NCBI GenBank assembly: GCA_039024555.1
Contig: JBCCQQ010000022.1
Span: 1 to 64,000 of the forward strand
Reading direction: 5' to 3'
DNA: 64,000 bases
Origin: Cyanobacteria bacterium P01_D01_bin.156
Lineage (GTDB): Bacteria; Cyanobacteriota; Cyanobacteriia; Phormidesmidales; Phormidesmidaceae
The notes under the pieces were generated by a model, which was given only the letters and a program-made list of their open reading frames with translations, searched no databases and was not told the origin of the DNA. Position numbers and translations under genes: made by a program. Each line of letters starts with the position of its first letter. The stretch's first letter is position 1. Below, in pieces: positions 55,321-64,000 of the stretch.

Positions 55321-56103
55321 ATGTATAGCATTGACATCAATTTTCTAAATGATCGAGAAGAACGCCCCGAATTGGCGGCAGATACCTCGATTGTTCGTCA
55401 GCAGCCGAGTAGCGATCGCACTCCTATTGCCCTTGGGCTAGGAATACTGGTAGCCGCCTTAGCGGGTGTGGGTGGATTTTTCGGGTTTCTCAAATATCAA
55501 GAATCCACGCTTCTAAAGCGTCAAGCCGAACTTGATTCACAACTAACCGAACTCCAAGCCAAATTAGCTCAAGTCGATCGAATTAAGGCAGAAACCGAAG
55601 CCGCCCGTGCAGAAAGTCGAGCACTGGCTGGAGTATTCACTAAAATCCGTCCTTGGTCAGCCATTGTCAAAGACATTCAAAATCGTATCCCTACGCGAGC
55701 TCAGCTAACGCGAGTCAATCAAACATCAGGGCAGGCTTTACCTCTAGAGCCCGGAGGTGAAGCCGTTGAACCAGAAGCTGGAGGCATCACTATCAATGGA
55801 ACAGCTTGTTCATTTGATGATGTCAACGACTTTGTGTTAACCCTCAAAAATTCTCCCTTTTTAGAGAGCGAAACCGTCAAATTAAACACGTCTACCTTAG
55901 GAGGAGAGGTGTTGGGACGCTGCCCCGGTGAGGTACAGCGAGATGAACCTACAGCGCTGGTTAATTACACTATTGCTGGCAACATCAAAAGCATATCGAC
56001 CGAACAATTTGATCGACTGCTTGCCGAGTTGGAAAATCAGCAAGCATCCGTAGGTCTTTCTTCCCGGTTAAAAGCCCTTTTAGAGACAGGAGTGCTCAAA
56101 TAA
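55321..56103 (+). CDS. pilN: Type IV pilus assembly protein PilN
   Basis: MYSIDINFL, TM plus coiled coil, PWS, SFDDVNDF.L.L..SPF. Confidence 0.92.
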   Translation: MYSIDINFLNDREERPELAADTSIVRQQPSSDRTPIALGLGILVAALAGVGGFFGFLKYQESTLLKRQAELDSQLTELQAKLAQVDRIKAETEAARAESRALAGVFTKIRPWSAIVKDIQNRIPTRAQLTRVNQTSGQALPLEPGGEAVEPEAGGITINGTACSFDDVNDFVLTLKNSPFLESETVKLNTSTLGGEVLGRCPGEVQRDEPTALVNYTIAGNIKSISTEQFDRLLAELENQQASVGLSSRLKALLETGVLK

Positions 56104-56909
56104 TGACATTAAGCGGAGACTTTATACCAGCTGAAGACGACCTGTATGATGAACCATCAAATCCTGTCGTCTTTGGGATTGAACTAACCCCTCAAATACT
56201 AGGCATTTTGGCAGCCCTAGCAGGTATTGGGTTAGCCATCTTTTTATTTCAGAGGTTTGTCCAACCAGTACGTCAAAGTAACCAGACGTTAAGAACCGAA
56301 ATTGCCGAAAAAGAACAACAGCTTGAAACCCAGGCTCAACGCCTAGAGGAAATTGCCAAACTGGAAGAAGAGAGGGATACCGCCTTAGTTCAACGGCGAA
56401 ACGTCTACTCTTTATTCTCTGATGAATCATCCATGGATACCCTGCTGTTGGATATTAATCAGCGCATCAAAAATAGTAATGCGTCCATTGGAGCCGCCCG
56501 CAATCAGATTCAAGCTCGAGGGATTCCACCAATTTTGATTGAGGCAAAGCTCAATAGTTTTGTCCCTAGCGGTGAAGTTGTTGTTGAAGATGGCAGCTTA
56601 GGAGAAGACGTCAATGGAAAACTAAGACGCCAAACGTACAATGTTCAATTTTCCGGAGATTTTGCTCAAACACAATCAGTTTTAGGCAACATCGAGCGAT
56701 TAGAACCACTACTGCTCATGCGCGATTTTGCATTGAGCGCAGGAGAAACAGTGACCGAAACTGTTCTCAACCCTCAAGGACAAGTCGTAGGACAGCCCAA
56801 ACAACGTATTAATTCCACATTCGCAATTGATGCGTTGCTGCCCACAGGGGATCCAAACGCTCCGCCAGAAATTGCACCGCCTCCAGCCCCTGAAGGCGAG
56901 GCCCAGTAA
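56103..56909 (+). CDS. pilO: Type IV pilus assembly protein PilO
   Basis: TM plus coiled coil, TLLLDIN, G.FAQTQSVL.NIERLEPLL; position in operon. Confidence 0.88.
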   Translation: MTLSGDFIPAEDDLYDEPSNPVVFGIELTPQILGILAALAGIGLAIFLFQRFVQPVRQSNQTLRTEIAEKEQQLETQAQRLEEIAKLEEERDTALVQRRNVYSLFSDESSMDTLLLDINQRIKNSNASIGAARNQIQARGIPPILIEAKLNSFVPSGEVVVEDGSLGEDVNGKLRRQTYNVQFSGDFAQTQSVLGNIERLEPLLLMRDFALSAGETVTETVLNPQGQVVGQPKQRINSTFAIDALLPTGDPNAPPEIAPPPAPEGEAQ

Positions 56910-57000
56910 ATGTTCAGTCAGTGTTAACAAAACACCACCAACTCACGGAATTTTCTTTTCTAGGCATTGATGTACTCTCACTAAGATTAAGGAGTGAACT

Positions 57001-59055
57001 GTGAAACGCTTTTTCAAACTTGGAAGTTTAATTGCTGGCGGAGCTTTGAGCGTCCTCACAGCTCAAGCAGCAGAAGCTGCAGCAACGGCCATTCAGAAGG
57101 TTGAACTCAACCCGACCAAAACTGGCATGGAGCTCTTGCTCTCCACCAAAGGCGGAGACACTCCTCAAATCTTTGCTGTCCATCGAGATAATGTTCTCCA
57201 AGCAGACATTACTAACGCTCAACTAGCTTTACCCCATAGCAAAAGCTTCAGCAAAAAAAGTCCAACTCCCAGCATTAAGTCCATCCAAGTAAAAACCCTG
57301 GATGACAACACTGTACGGTTGACCATTAAGGGCTCTGAAAAAGCCCCAGTGGCAGCTTTACAAAAGCTGGAGGGAGAAGGGGTACTGATAAGTTTAGATA
57401 CACGTCCTAATGCGGCCCCCCAGCCCAGTGAGCTACCGGATAACATCGAAACAACGACAGACACTACGCTTTTGCCCATACACTTAGCACAGGCAGCTGG
57501 TGAAGAGACTCCCGAAGTTTTAGTCCCTAGTCCAGAGGTGATTATCGATGGTAATCCAGTAGCCGCACCAACTGTAAATAGTGCGCCGCCATTTTTACCC
57601 AGGGCTGTGGCACCTCCAGTAGGAGACATTGCGGTTTCTGAAATTAACGCTAGATTAGATGTTATTGATTTAGGTACTGCGGAGCGAGTGCCCCGTTTGG
57701 TTTTGCGAGACGCAACAGCGCGTGAAGCACTGTCATTATTGGCTCGGGCAGCTGGACTTAACTTAGCCTTTACTGATGCCAGCACAGGTGGTGACACGGC
57801 GGCGGCTAATACGAGAGTTACCCTGGATATTGAAGATGAGCCAGTGCAGAATGTTTTCAACTATGTTTTGCAAATTTCTGGATTAGAAGCGAACCGCGTG
57901 GGTCGAACAATTTTTGTTGGGCCTCAATTACCTCAGGCTGCTCGTAATACAACTGTGCGTAGCGTTCGTCTGAACCAAGTTGATGTGGCTAGCGCTGTCA
58001 ACTTCTTAGTGTTTATGGGGGCCGAGAGCGCCTTTGCTGATGAGCAAGAAATTCAGGTAGTTGAATCAACCATTGATGTCGGAGAAGAAGTCGAACAGGT
58101 TGAAAGAACCGAACTAGAAACCAATGTTGAAATTCTTCGGGCAGATTATCAGGATTCGCCTCCCTTATTACGAGGACTACAGGTGATCGGAGATGCTCGA
58201 ACTAGTTCTGTAACCTTGATTGGAACGCCTCGTCAGGTCGAAATTGCCACAGCTCAAATAGTACAGTTAGATCTACGACGTCGTCAGGTTGCGATCAACT
58301 TACGTGTTATTGACGTCAATCTTTCAGCCATAGAACGTTTTGACACTAGCTTTTCGTTTGGTATTGATGATACCTTCGCTAACCAAAGCAATGGGCTATT
58401 AACTCTCGCCTTTAACAACAATCCCTTAAACGTAGCAAGTAACTTCATCGCAGCCCTTGAGGCAACTATTGATAATGGTAATTCCAAGATTATCACCGAC
58501 CCCACGCTGATTGTCCAAGAAGGACAAGATGCTTCGGTTAACTTAGTTGAAGAGGTCATTAATGAAAGTACTACCAACTTTGCGACCGTGGATGGTACTG
58601 ATGACCTTGTGCAGGAAAGAGAAGTTCAACTAGTCGATGTTGGCTTGACATTGGCTGTTAACATCGATCGTATTGATGACAATGGTTTTGTATCCCTTTC
58701 AGTGGCACCAACGATCTCTTCTCCTGGAGCTCAAATTCCTCTTGGAGATAATGATTTCGTGACGCCTATTGCAAGACGAGCCTTATCCTCCGGTCAAATT
58801 CGTGTACGAGATGGTCAAACCCTGGTTTTGTCCGGAATTATCCAAGATACAGACACTGCCAGCGTACGGAAGGTGCCTATTTTAGGTGACCTGCCTATTA
58901 TTGGGGCTCTATTCCGTGACACAGACATCACGAATGAGCGCCAGGAGCTAATTGTGCTGCTAACGCCTCAAATCCTAGATGATTCTGACCAAAGCATCTA
59001 TGGCTACAGCTACACCCCCGGTGAAGATATCCGAGAACTGTTGGGTGAAGAGTAG
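57001..59055 (+). CDS. pilQ: Type IV pilus secretin PilQ (AMIN + secretin)
   Basis: Signal peptide, AMIN-like N-domain, LDLRRRQV, RDGQTLVLSGII, KVPILGDLPIIGALFR. Confidence 0.93.
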   Translation: MKRFFKLGSLIAGGALSVLTAQAAEAAATAIQKVELNPTKTGMELLLSTKGGDTPQIFAVHRDNVLQADITNAQLALPHSKSFSKKSPTPSIKSIQVKTLDDNTVRLTIKGSEKAPVAALQKLEGEGVLISLDTRPNAAPQPSELPDNIETTTDTTLLPIHLAQAAGEETPEVLVPSPEVIIDGNPVAAPTVNSAPPFLPRAVAPPVGDIAVSEINARLDVIDLGTAERVPRLVLRDATAREALSLLARAAGLNLAFTDASTGGDTAAANTRVTLDIEDEPVQNVFNYVLQISGLEANRVGRTIFVGPQLPQAARNTTVRSVRLNQVDVASAVNFLVFMGAESAFADEQEIQVVESTIDVGEEVEQVERTELETNVEILRADYQDSPPLLRGLQVIGDARTSSVTLIGTPRQVEIATAQIVQLDLRRRQVAINLRVIDVNLSAIERFDTSFSFGIDDTFANQSNGLLTLAFNNNPLNVASNFIAALEATIDNGNSKIITDPTLIVQEGQDASVNLVEEVINESTTNFATVDGTDDLVQEREVQLVDVGLTLAVNIDRIDDNGFVSLSVAPTISSPGAQIPLGDNDFVTPIARRALSSGQIRVRDGQTLVLSGIIQDTDTASVRKVPILGDLPIIGALFRDTDITNERQELIVLLTPQILDDSDQSIYGYSYTPGEDIRELLGEE

Positions 59056-59079
59056 TAACTAACAACCTACTCTGTTAAT

Positions 59080-59136
59080 TTTCATTAAAACCCCTGAACC
59101 CCTCCCTGAAATAAGGTTTTAGGGGTTTTAATGAAA
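59080..59136. terminator. Long hairpin after pilQ
   Basis: TTTCATTAAAACCCCT / AGGGGTTTTAATGAAA perfect 16-bp arms. Confidence 0.7.
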
Positions 59137-59180
59137 TCTAATTTCTTATCAGCGCAAACAATTCGTATGAATTTTCCTAA

Positions 59181-59287
59181 AAATCGCTGAAATCCATATA
59201 AATTCAATGTTTTATAGATCCATACTGGCGAAGTAGCCCTTAGAATGGGGCAGAGAAAATGTGAGGTTTCAAGGGTTTCAGCGATTT
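59181..59287 (+). promoter_or_regulatory. Long-range inverted repeat in the hup upstream region
   Basis: AAATCGCTGAAATCC (59181) / GGGTTTCAGCGATTT (59273), 14/15 Watson-Crick complementary. Confidence 0.5.
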
Positions 59288-59372
59288 GCTGAGATTTTAC
59301 TCACGTTTCTGGCTTGTTGGTCCAGACATGGACGTGGTTCATTCATTGGTTTTAATCTGCGAGGAGACAAAG

Positions 59373-59651
59373 ATGAATAAAGGTGAACTTGTAGACAAGG
59401 TGTCTGAAAAGGCATCTGTCACCAAAAAGCAGGCTGATGCAGTCATTTCAGCTGCAATTGAGTCCATAATGGAAGCGGTTTCCAGTGGTGAGAAGGTAAC
59501 TTTGGTTGGGTTTGGGTCTTTCGAGCCTCGTCATCGGAAAGAGCGTGAAGGTCGTAATCCTAAAACTGGCGATACTATGGTTATTCCAGCAACCACAGTG
59601 CCTGCATTTTCGGCAGGTAAATTGTTTAAAGAGATGGTGGCTAAGAAATAA
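59373..59651 (+). CDS. hup: DNA-binding protein HU
   Basis: MNKGELV, VTLVGFGSF, REGRNPKTG, PAFSAGK; GAGGAG RBS. Confidence 0.98.
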   Translation: MNKGELVDKVSEKASVTKKQADAVISAAIESIMEAVSSGEKVTLVGFGSFEPRHRKEREGRNPKTGDTMVIPATTVPAFSAGKLFKEMVAKK

Positions 59652-60039
59652 TTTATTTGTTTGATATCAGCTTTTTGTGTCGCTGTTGCTGTAGATATTC
59701 ACCCTTGAAGTGAGAAATTCTCTAATCTTTGGTGATTGTTCTGGGCAGTAGCGACACTTTTTAGCCGTTGCTGATTTAGAGGATGGAACCCTCTGTACAG
59801 GCGTCCAGAGTTCTGGATTTGGCAGATACAATCATTCTGAGGAGCAGTAACGCCGCTTTTTAATATAAACAACGCTTCTAGAGCTATGTGCAGTGTAAAG
59901 CACTCAAAAATTAGTTTCCTAGCTCCTTTGTAACTCGTCGTCATACAAGTGATTAAGCATACTGATTGGCATCGACTCAATCAACAGATATACATGTTGC
60001 TTCTGTTCAGGCGATAAAGCACAGAACACGGATTGAATA

Positions 60040-61350
60040 TTGAAGGTCAGTACAGAGTACGATTTAGCTATTTTGGGGGGCAGTTGGAGCAGTCGTCGAG
60101 CTGCTCTTCAGGCTGCGCGGCAAGGTGCTCGTATTGCCCTCATTGCTCCTAGTTGGGAAATTAATAACGCTGCTGAATACAGTTTTCAAGCGATACGGCA
60201 ATGCAATGCATCATGTCTGAGTACTTGGCGGGATATGCGCGCTTGGTTTGATGCTCTCTGTAGATATAGAGAGCTAGATTCTGCAATGCTTCGGGTCCAA
60301 GGAATTGACGTCATTTTGGCAACCTCACAGTTTTCCGTCAATCAGCACCTGACTGTAGATGAACGGCCCTTAAAAGCTACTCATTATTTGTTAACGGACG
60401 GATATGAGTTTACGGCTACACCGGATTTTAAAGACAGCCTGCAATATTATCAACTAATGCAGCTAGATACCCTCCCTACAAGCATTGCCATCATTGGCTC
60501 TGGGGCCTCTGTTGTGGAATGGGCCTATGCTTTAAATCAGTTCACTAAGGTCAATGTTTTCTGTAATTCTCCCCTGCTTTTACCAGCAGAAGATATTGAT
60601 ATTCAACGACTGATGGAAGCGCAGCTGCGGAGTGTGGGCGTCACCATCAACTTTGTAGATGGTGATTTAGATAACAACCAGTTAGCCACAATATCAGAAA
60701 CAGAGTCGGTAGTCCTAGTGCCTAAGTCAAGGCTCAATCATAAGGGCTTATCCCTGGCACAGTTGGGAGTTGACCCCGATAAGAATATTGTTGCTAACTG
60801 TTATTTACAGACTCAGTTTCCTCAATTGTATGTAACGGGAGATTGTTTAGGAGGCGAACAGCGCCCTGAACTGACACAGCAAGAAACCTCTGTTGCTTTG
60901 GACAATGCTTTGTTTCGTCGCCGTCGTCCTATGCATTATGAAACGGTATCCTACAGTATTCAAGGTGTTTCTCCGTTAGGTCGCTGGGGCCTAACGGAAA
61001 ATCAAGCGCGCTGTCGTTATGGCACCAGAGTTGAGGTATTCCAGGCATCATGCTTGCCTATTACACCTTCCCACAGCGCTCAGATAAACTTTTGCAAGCT
61101 GCTCACCTTAGACAACCATTTGATAGGTATCCATCTATTGGGGGAGGGGGCTTCTACTCTGACTAAGGGTTTCAGGGCATCTTTAACGATTCCAGCCCTT
61201 GCTAAATGGACCGTAAAACATGTGCAAAGTGGAACTGTTTACGAGGCCATTCATCAAGCGATCGCACAGTGGGAAAATAACCGTTGGCAGCCAGGTAAAT
61301 GGCGCCGAGATTGGGCTGAAAATTGGTTCCACTGGCGACGTTCTCTGTGA
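60040..61350 (+). CDS. Degenerate pyridine nucleotide-disulfide oxidoreductase-like protein
   Basis: YDLAILGG N-terminus, IAIIGSG, LLPAED, LQT..PQLYVTGD, GLTE, IGIHLLG; no CxxxxC redox motif. Confidence 0.75.
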   Translation: MKVSTEYDLAILGGSWSSRRAALQAARQGARIALIAPSWEINNAAEYSFQAIRQCNASCLSTWRDMRAWFDALCRYRELDSAMLRVQGIDVILATSQFSVNQHLTVDERPLKATHYLLTDGYEFTATPDFKDSLQYYQLMQLDTLPTSIAIIGSGASVVEWAYALNQFTKVNVFCNSPLLLPAEDIDIQRLMEAQLRSVGVTINFVDGDLDNNQLATISETESVVLVPKSRLNHKGLSLAQLGVDPDKNIVANCYLQTQFPQLYVTGDCLGGEQRPELTQQETSVALDNALFRRRRPMHYETVSYSIQGVSPLGRWGLTENQARCRYGTRVEVFQASCLPITPSHSAQINFCKLLTLDNHLIGIHLLGEGASTLTKGFRASLTIPALAKWTVKHVQSGTVYEAIHQAIAQWENNRWQPGKWRRDWAENWFHWRRSL

Positions 61351-61362
61351 TGCTAGTCGCTT

Positions 61363-61956
61363 TTAGACTTTTGCCAGGGTTACCACTTCTGCCTGGTCCT
61401 GATATTTTCCTTGGCGCGTATCATAGCTTACCTGACAGGGATCCCCTTCCAAAAACAAGAGCTGTACTACGCCTTCATTGGCATAGATACGGCAATCGGC
61501 ACTTGAGGAATTAGAAAACTCCAACGTGAGATAGCCTCGCCATCCCGCTTCTGCAGGGGTGAGATTTGCAATAATGCCACAACGAGCGTACGTACTCTTG
61601 CCAATACAAATTGTGGTGATATTTTCAGGAATCGCCAAACGCTCAAGCGCAACACCTAGACCATAGGAATGAGCTGGCAACACAAAATAGTCACCATATT
61701 CATCGGCACGAAGCTGAGTCATTTCCAGATTATCTGGATTAAAGTGTTTTGGATCAATGACGGTCCCTGGAACATGGCGAAAAATACGAAACTCTTTTGG
61801 TGATAGACGAATATCGTAACCAAAGGAAGATAAGCCATAGCTAATAACAGGAACGCTTGTCCCATTAAGCTCCATACGTCTGACCAATGCAGATTCAAAT
61901 GGGGCGATCATCCCCGCTTCAGCCATACTGTGAATCCAGGCGTCATTTTTAATCAT
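61363..61956 (-). CDS. dcd: dCTP deaminase
   Basis: SYGLSSFGYD, GKSTYARCG, TPAEAGWRG.LTLE, YANEG. Confidence 0.96.
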   Translation of the reverse strand: MIKNDAWIHSMAEAGMIAPFESALVRRMELNGTSVPVISYGLSSFGYDIRLSPKEFRIFRHVPGTVIDPKHFNPDNLEMTQLRADEYGDYFVLPAHSYGLGVALERLAIPENITTICIGKSTYARCGIIANLTPAEAGWRGYLTLEFSNSSSADCRIYANEGVVQLLFLEGDPCQVSYDTRQGKYQDQAEVVTLAKV

Positions 61957-61978
61957 TTTTTATTGATTAATAAGGGGC

Positions 61979-62569
61979 TCAAGGTAAAAATTCACGTCGA
62001 AACTCCGTTACCTGGTCCGCTATCGACAGAATCGAATAGGGCATTTTCGGACCTGTCAGAATAATATCCATTTGAGCAGGCCGCTGCTCTAGTAAATCCA
62101 GAATCTCTGCCTCAGGGATCAGCCCAAAATCCATGGCTAGGCTTAATTCATCCAGCATGACTAAAGCATAGCGATTAGTCGGAATCACTTTTTTTACATA
62201 ATCCCAAAGGTCACTAACCGCATCCTGGGAATCATCAGTCGTCTCAAAAATACATCCAGGATAATCGCAACGTACCCAGTCGAGATTTTGTCCCATGTGG
62301 GTCATGTGATCTGGCCCTTGGGCAATGCCTCCCTTTAAAAACTGGACGACCAAAACAGGCATACCTTGGTCTGCCGACCGCAATGCCTGCACCATAACAT
62401 TGGTAAAAAAGCTGCGATGTACCGAAGTAAACACCTGTAGAGAACCTTCCAGTGCCTGCAGAAAAGGGTGACGCAAACCTGCAGGAATGTTGGTGGCCGT
62501 CTCTGCTGCAGGGGAAGCTACACGTAAATGACGACGGTTGGGAGAGTTAACCCTTAGCTGTTGAACCAT
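61979..62569 (-). CDS. CobO/BtuR-like P-loop protein (cob(I)alamin adenosyltransferase family)
   Basis: VVQFLKGG, LDELSLA, DIILTG, ADQVTE; Walker A region degenerate. Confidence 0.75.
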   Translation of the reverse strand: MVQQLRVNSPNRRHLRVASPAAETATNIPAGLRHPFLQALEGSLQVFTSVHRSFFTNVMVQALRSADQGMPVLVVQFLKGGIAQGPDHMTHMGQNLDWVRCDYPGCIFETTDDSQDAVSDLWDYVKKVIPTNRYALVMLDELSLAMDFGLIPEAEILDLLEQRPAQMDIILTGPKMPYSILSIADQVTEFRREFLP

Positions 62570-62663
62570 AAAGACGCTATATCTAGTAGCACTTTTCTAA
62601 TAGCGACCTAAATATAGCGTATGTAGGGATGCTTGTGGCGATAACCTTAACATGATAATTTTT

Positions 62664-62804
62664 TTACCCCAAAAAGTTTACGACAGCCCCTAGGGGAACA
62701 TGGGGAAAGAAGAGTGGTGAGGCCATAGCTACCGTGGCAATCAGGGTGAGTGTAACGATGGCGAATAGTACACTCACTTTGTCAGCTTTGATGCGTTTGT
62801 TCAT
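62664..62804 (-). CDS. Putative 46-aa small membrane protein
   Basis: Manual translation MNKRIKADKVSVLFAIVTLTLIATVAMASPLFFPHVPLGAVVNFLG; GAGG RBS upstream; below ORF-track cut-off. Confidence 0.5.
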   Translation of the reverse strand: MNKRIKADKVSVLFAIVTLTLIATVAMASPLFFPHVPLGAVVNFLG

Positions 62805-62942
62805 TTGGGGACCTCAATAAACAATAAAAGATAGCGACTCTAACAGGGTGTTTACCAGTACCTCGCTAAACAGAACACAGCTAGAGTGAACCAAGACAGG
62901 CTATGGTCAAGCTATGTGGCAATAGTGATGTACACCACCCCT

Positions 62943-63620
62943 ATGGTAAAAGCTGTTTTATTTGATCTTGATGGCACCCTAGCTAACACTGACCCTCTGC
63001 ACTTTCAAATCTGGCAAGCATTGCTTTCCGAGCATGGCATCAAGGTCGATTCCCCCTTTTACGACACCCATATTAGCGGTCGCCTCAATCCCGATATTGT
63101 CCGTGATTTACTACCTCAGCTATCTGAACAAGAGGGTGTTTTTTTTAGCGCCGATAAAGAGGCCAAATTTCGGCAGCTAGCAGCCACTAAGCTGCAACGT
63201 ATGGATGGGTTAAGTGACTTTCTACATCACCTTGAACAGCAGGGCTACAGCGTAGCTTTAGTCACCAATGCGCCTCGTCCGAATGCAGAATTTATGCTAG
63301 AAACTCTGGCACTTCAAGGCACATTTCAGCCAGTCATCATTGCGGATGATTTACCCAGGGGCAAACCTGATCCACTCCCCTATCAAACAGCACTGGACCA
63401 CCTGGCTCTCTCCCCTCAGGAGGCCCTGGTATTTGAGGATTCGCCTACCGGAGTACGGGCAGCTGTGGCAGCAGGTATTCCTACCATTGGGGTGACATCC
63501 ACCCATAGCCATGCCACATTAACTAAGCTAGGCGCTCTATTTACTATTTCAGACTTTACTGACAGTCGTCTGAGAACTTACTTGACCAAGGATCCTGAGA
63601 ATTCTTACCTATCTTGTTAA
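62943..63620 (+). CDS. HAD-superfamily hydrolase (CbbY/beta-PGM-like)
   Basis: FDLDGTL, VTN, GKPDP, FEDS..G. Confidence 0.92.
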   Translation: MVKAVLFDLDGTLANTDPLHFQIWQALLSEHGIKVDSPFYDTHISGRLNPDIVRDLLPQLSEQEGVFFSADKEAKFRQLAATKLQRMDGLSDFLHHLEQQGYSVALVTNAPRPNAEFMLETLALQGTFQPVIIADDLPRGKPDPLPYQTALDHLALSPQEALVFEDSPTGVRAAVAAGIPTIGVTSTHSHATLTKLGALFTISDFTDSRLRTYLTKDPENSYLSC

Positions 63621-63706
63621 AGGATAAAGTCAACGCCCTTGCAGCTAGAGTTGCTATCGGGCCAGGGTATCTAAGATGCTAGAAATACTGACTTTCGCTT
63701 TTCACT

Positions 63707-64000
63707 ATGAGCAACGCCTCCGATCATCCATCTGACCAACCCCAGACTGTCCAAGACCGACTGGCCAGCTTACGTCAACTAGCCCAGGCATTTCCTAAAG
63801 AGCAGCGGGAAGATGTGCTGTTAGAGTTAGATGATCTGAGTCGTGATTTACAAGCTGACACCACCAGCTTACAAACTCTGCACATCAAGCTCAAGCGCTT
63901 GGCTGCGATCGCAATGATGGCCCGAATGTTTACCACCAACAATCAATCAGCCATTGAAGAATTCGCCAGCAATCTTGTAGAGCTTACCGACGCCACCAAG
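63707..64000 (+). CDS. Hypothetical helical protein, 5' part (runs off window end)
   Basis: Open frame from ATG 63707 to window end: MSNASDHPSDQPQTVQDRLASLRQLAQAFPKEQREDVLLELDDL... Confidence 0.65.
   Translation, partial: MSNASDHPSDQPQTVQDRLASLRQLAQAFPKEQREDVLLELDDLSRDLQADTTSLQTLHIKLKRLAAIAMMARMFTTNNQSAIEEFASNLVELTDATK

Noticed and set aside
59699..59980. 93-aa minus-strand ORF after hup
   Set aside because: No motif, TTG start, AT-rich intergenic character

Overview
Chromosomal window from a cyanobacterium, probably a filamentous Leptolyngbyaceae/Nodosilineales-like strain (lineage is inference). It carries psbD, petH, psaF/psaJ, ndhV and glnB, plus roughly 30 HIP1 octamers (GCGATCGC, counted by eye). 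Most of it is housekeeping: hom, prmC, a polar amino-acid ABC transporter, glgP, avtA, rimM, murA, lpdA, trpC, tsaD, coaBC, purH, purT, gmd, queF, folC, pilMNOQ, hup, dcd and three tRNAs (Leu-CAA, Leu-CAG, Pro-TGG). The standout is a ~9 kb lipid-modification locus at 10200-19343. It has a minus-strand run of Rieske oxygenase, serine-palmitoyltransferase-like alpha-oxoamine synthase, bacterial ceramide-synthase-like double GNAT and an NAD(P)-dependent reductase. An inverted, AT-rich membrane desaturase is wedged inside that run. Divergent from it is an operon of an MFS transporter, a small membrane protein and an HTTM/vitamin-K-carboxylase-like protein. Together this looks like a candidate sphingolipid/ceramide-like or other aminolipid pathway in a phylum where such lipids are not established. 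Other oddities: a RAYT-like transposase with an intact frame but no HUH or Tyr catalytic residues, a peptidase CDS that ends inside tRNA-Leu(CAA), several rod-like intergenic RNA structures, and a 46-aa membrane peptide below the ORF-track cut-off. All family calls come from motif recognition by eye; no searches were run.
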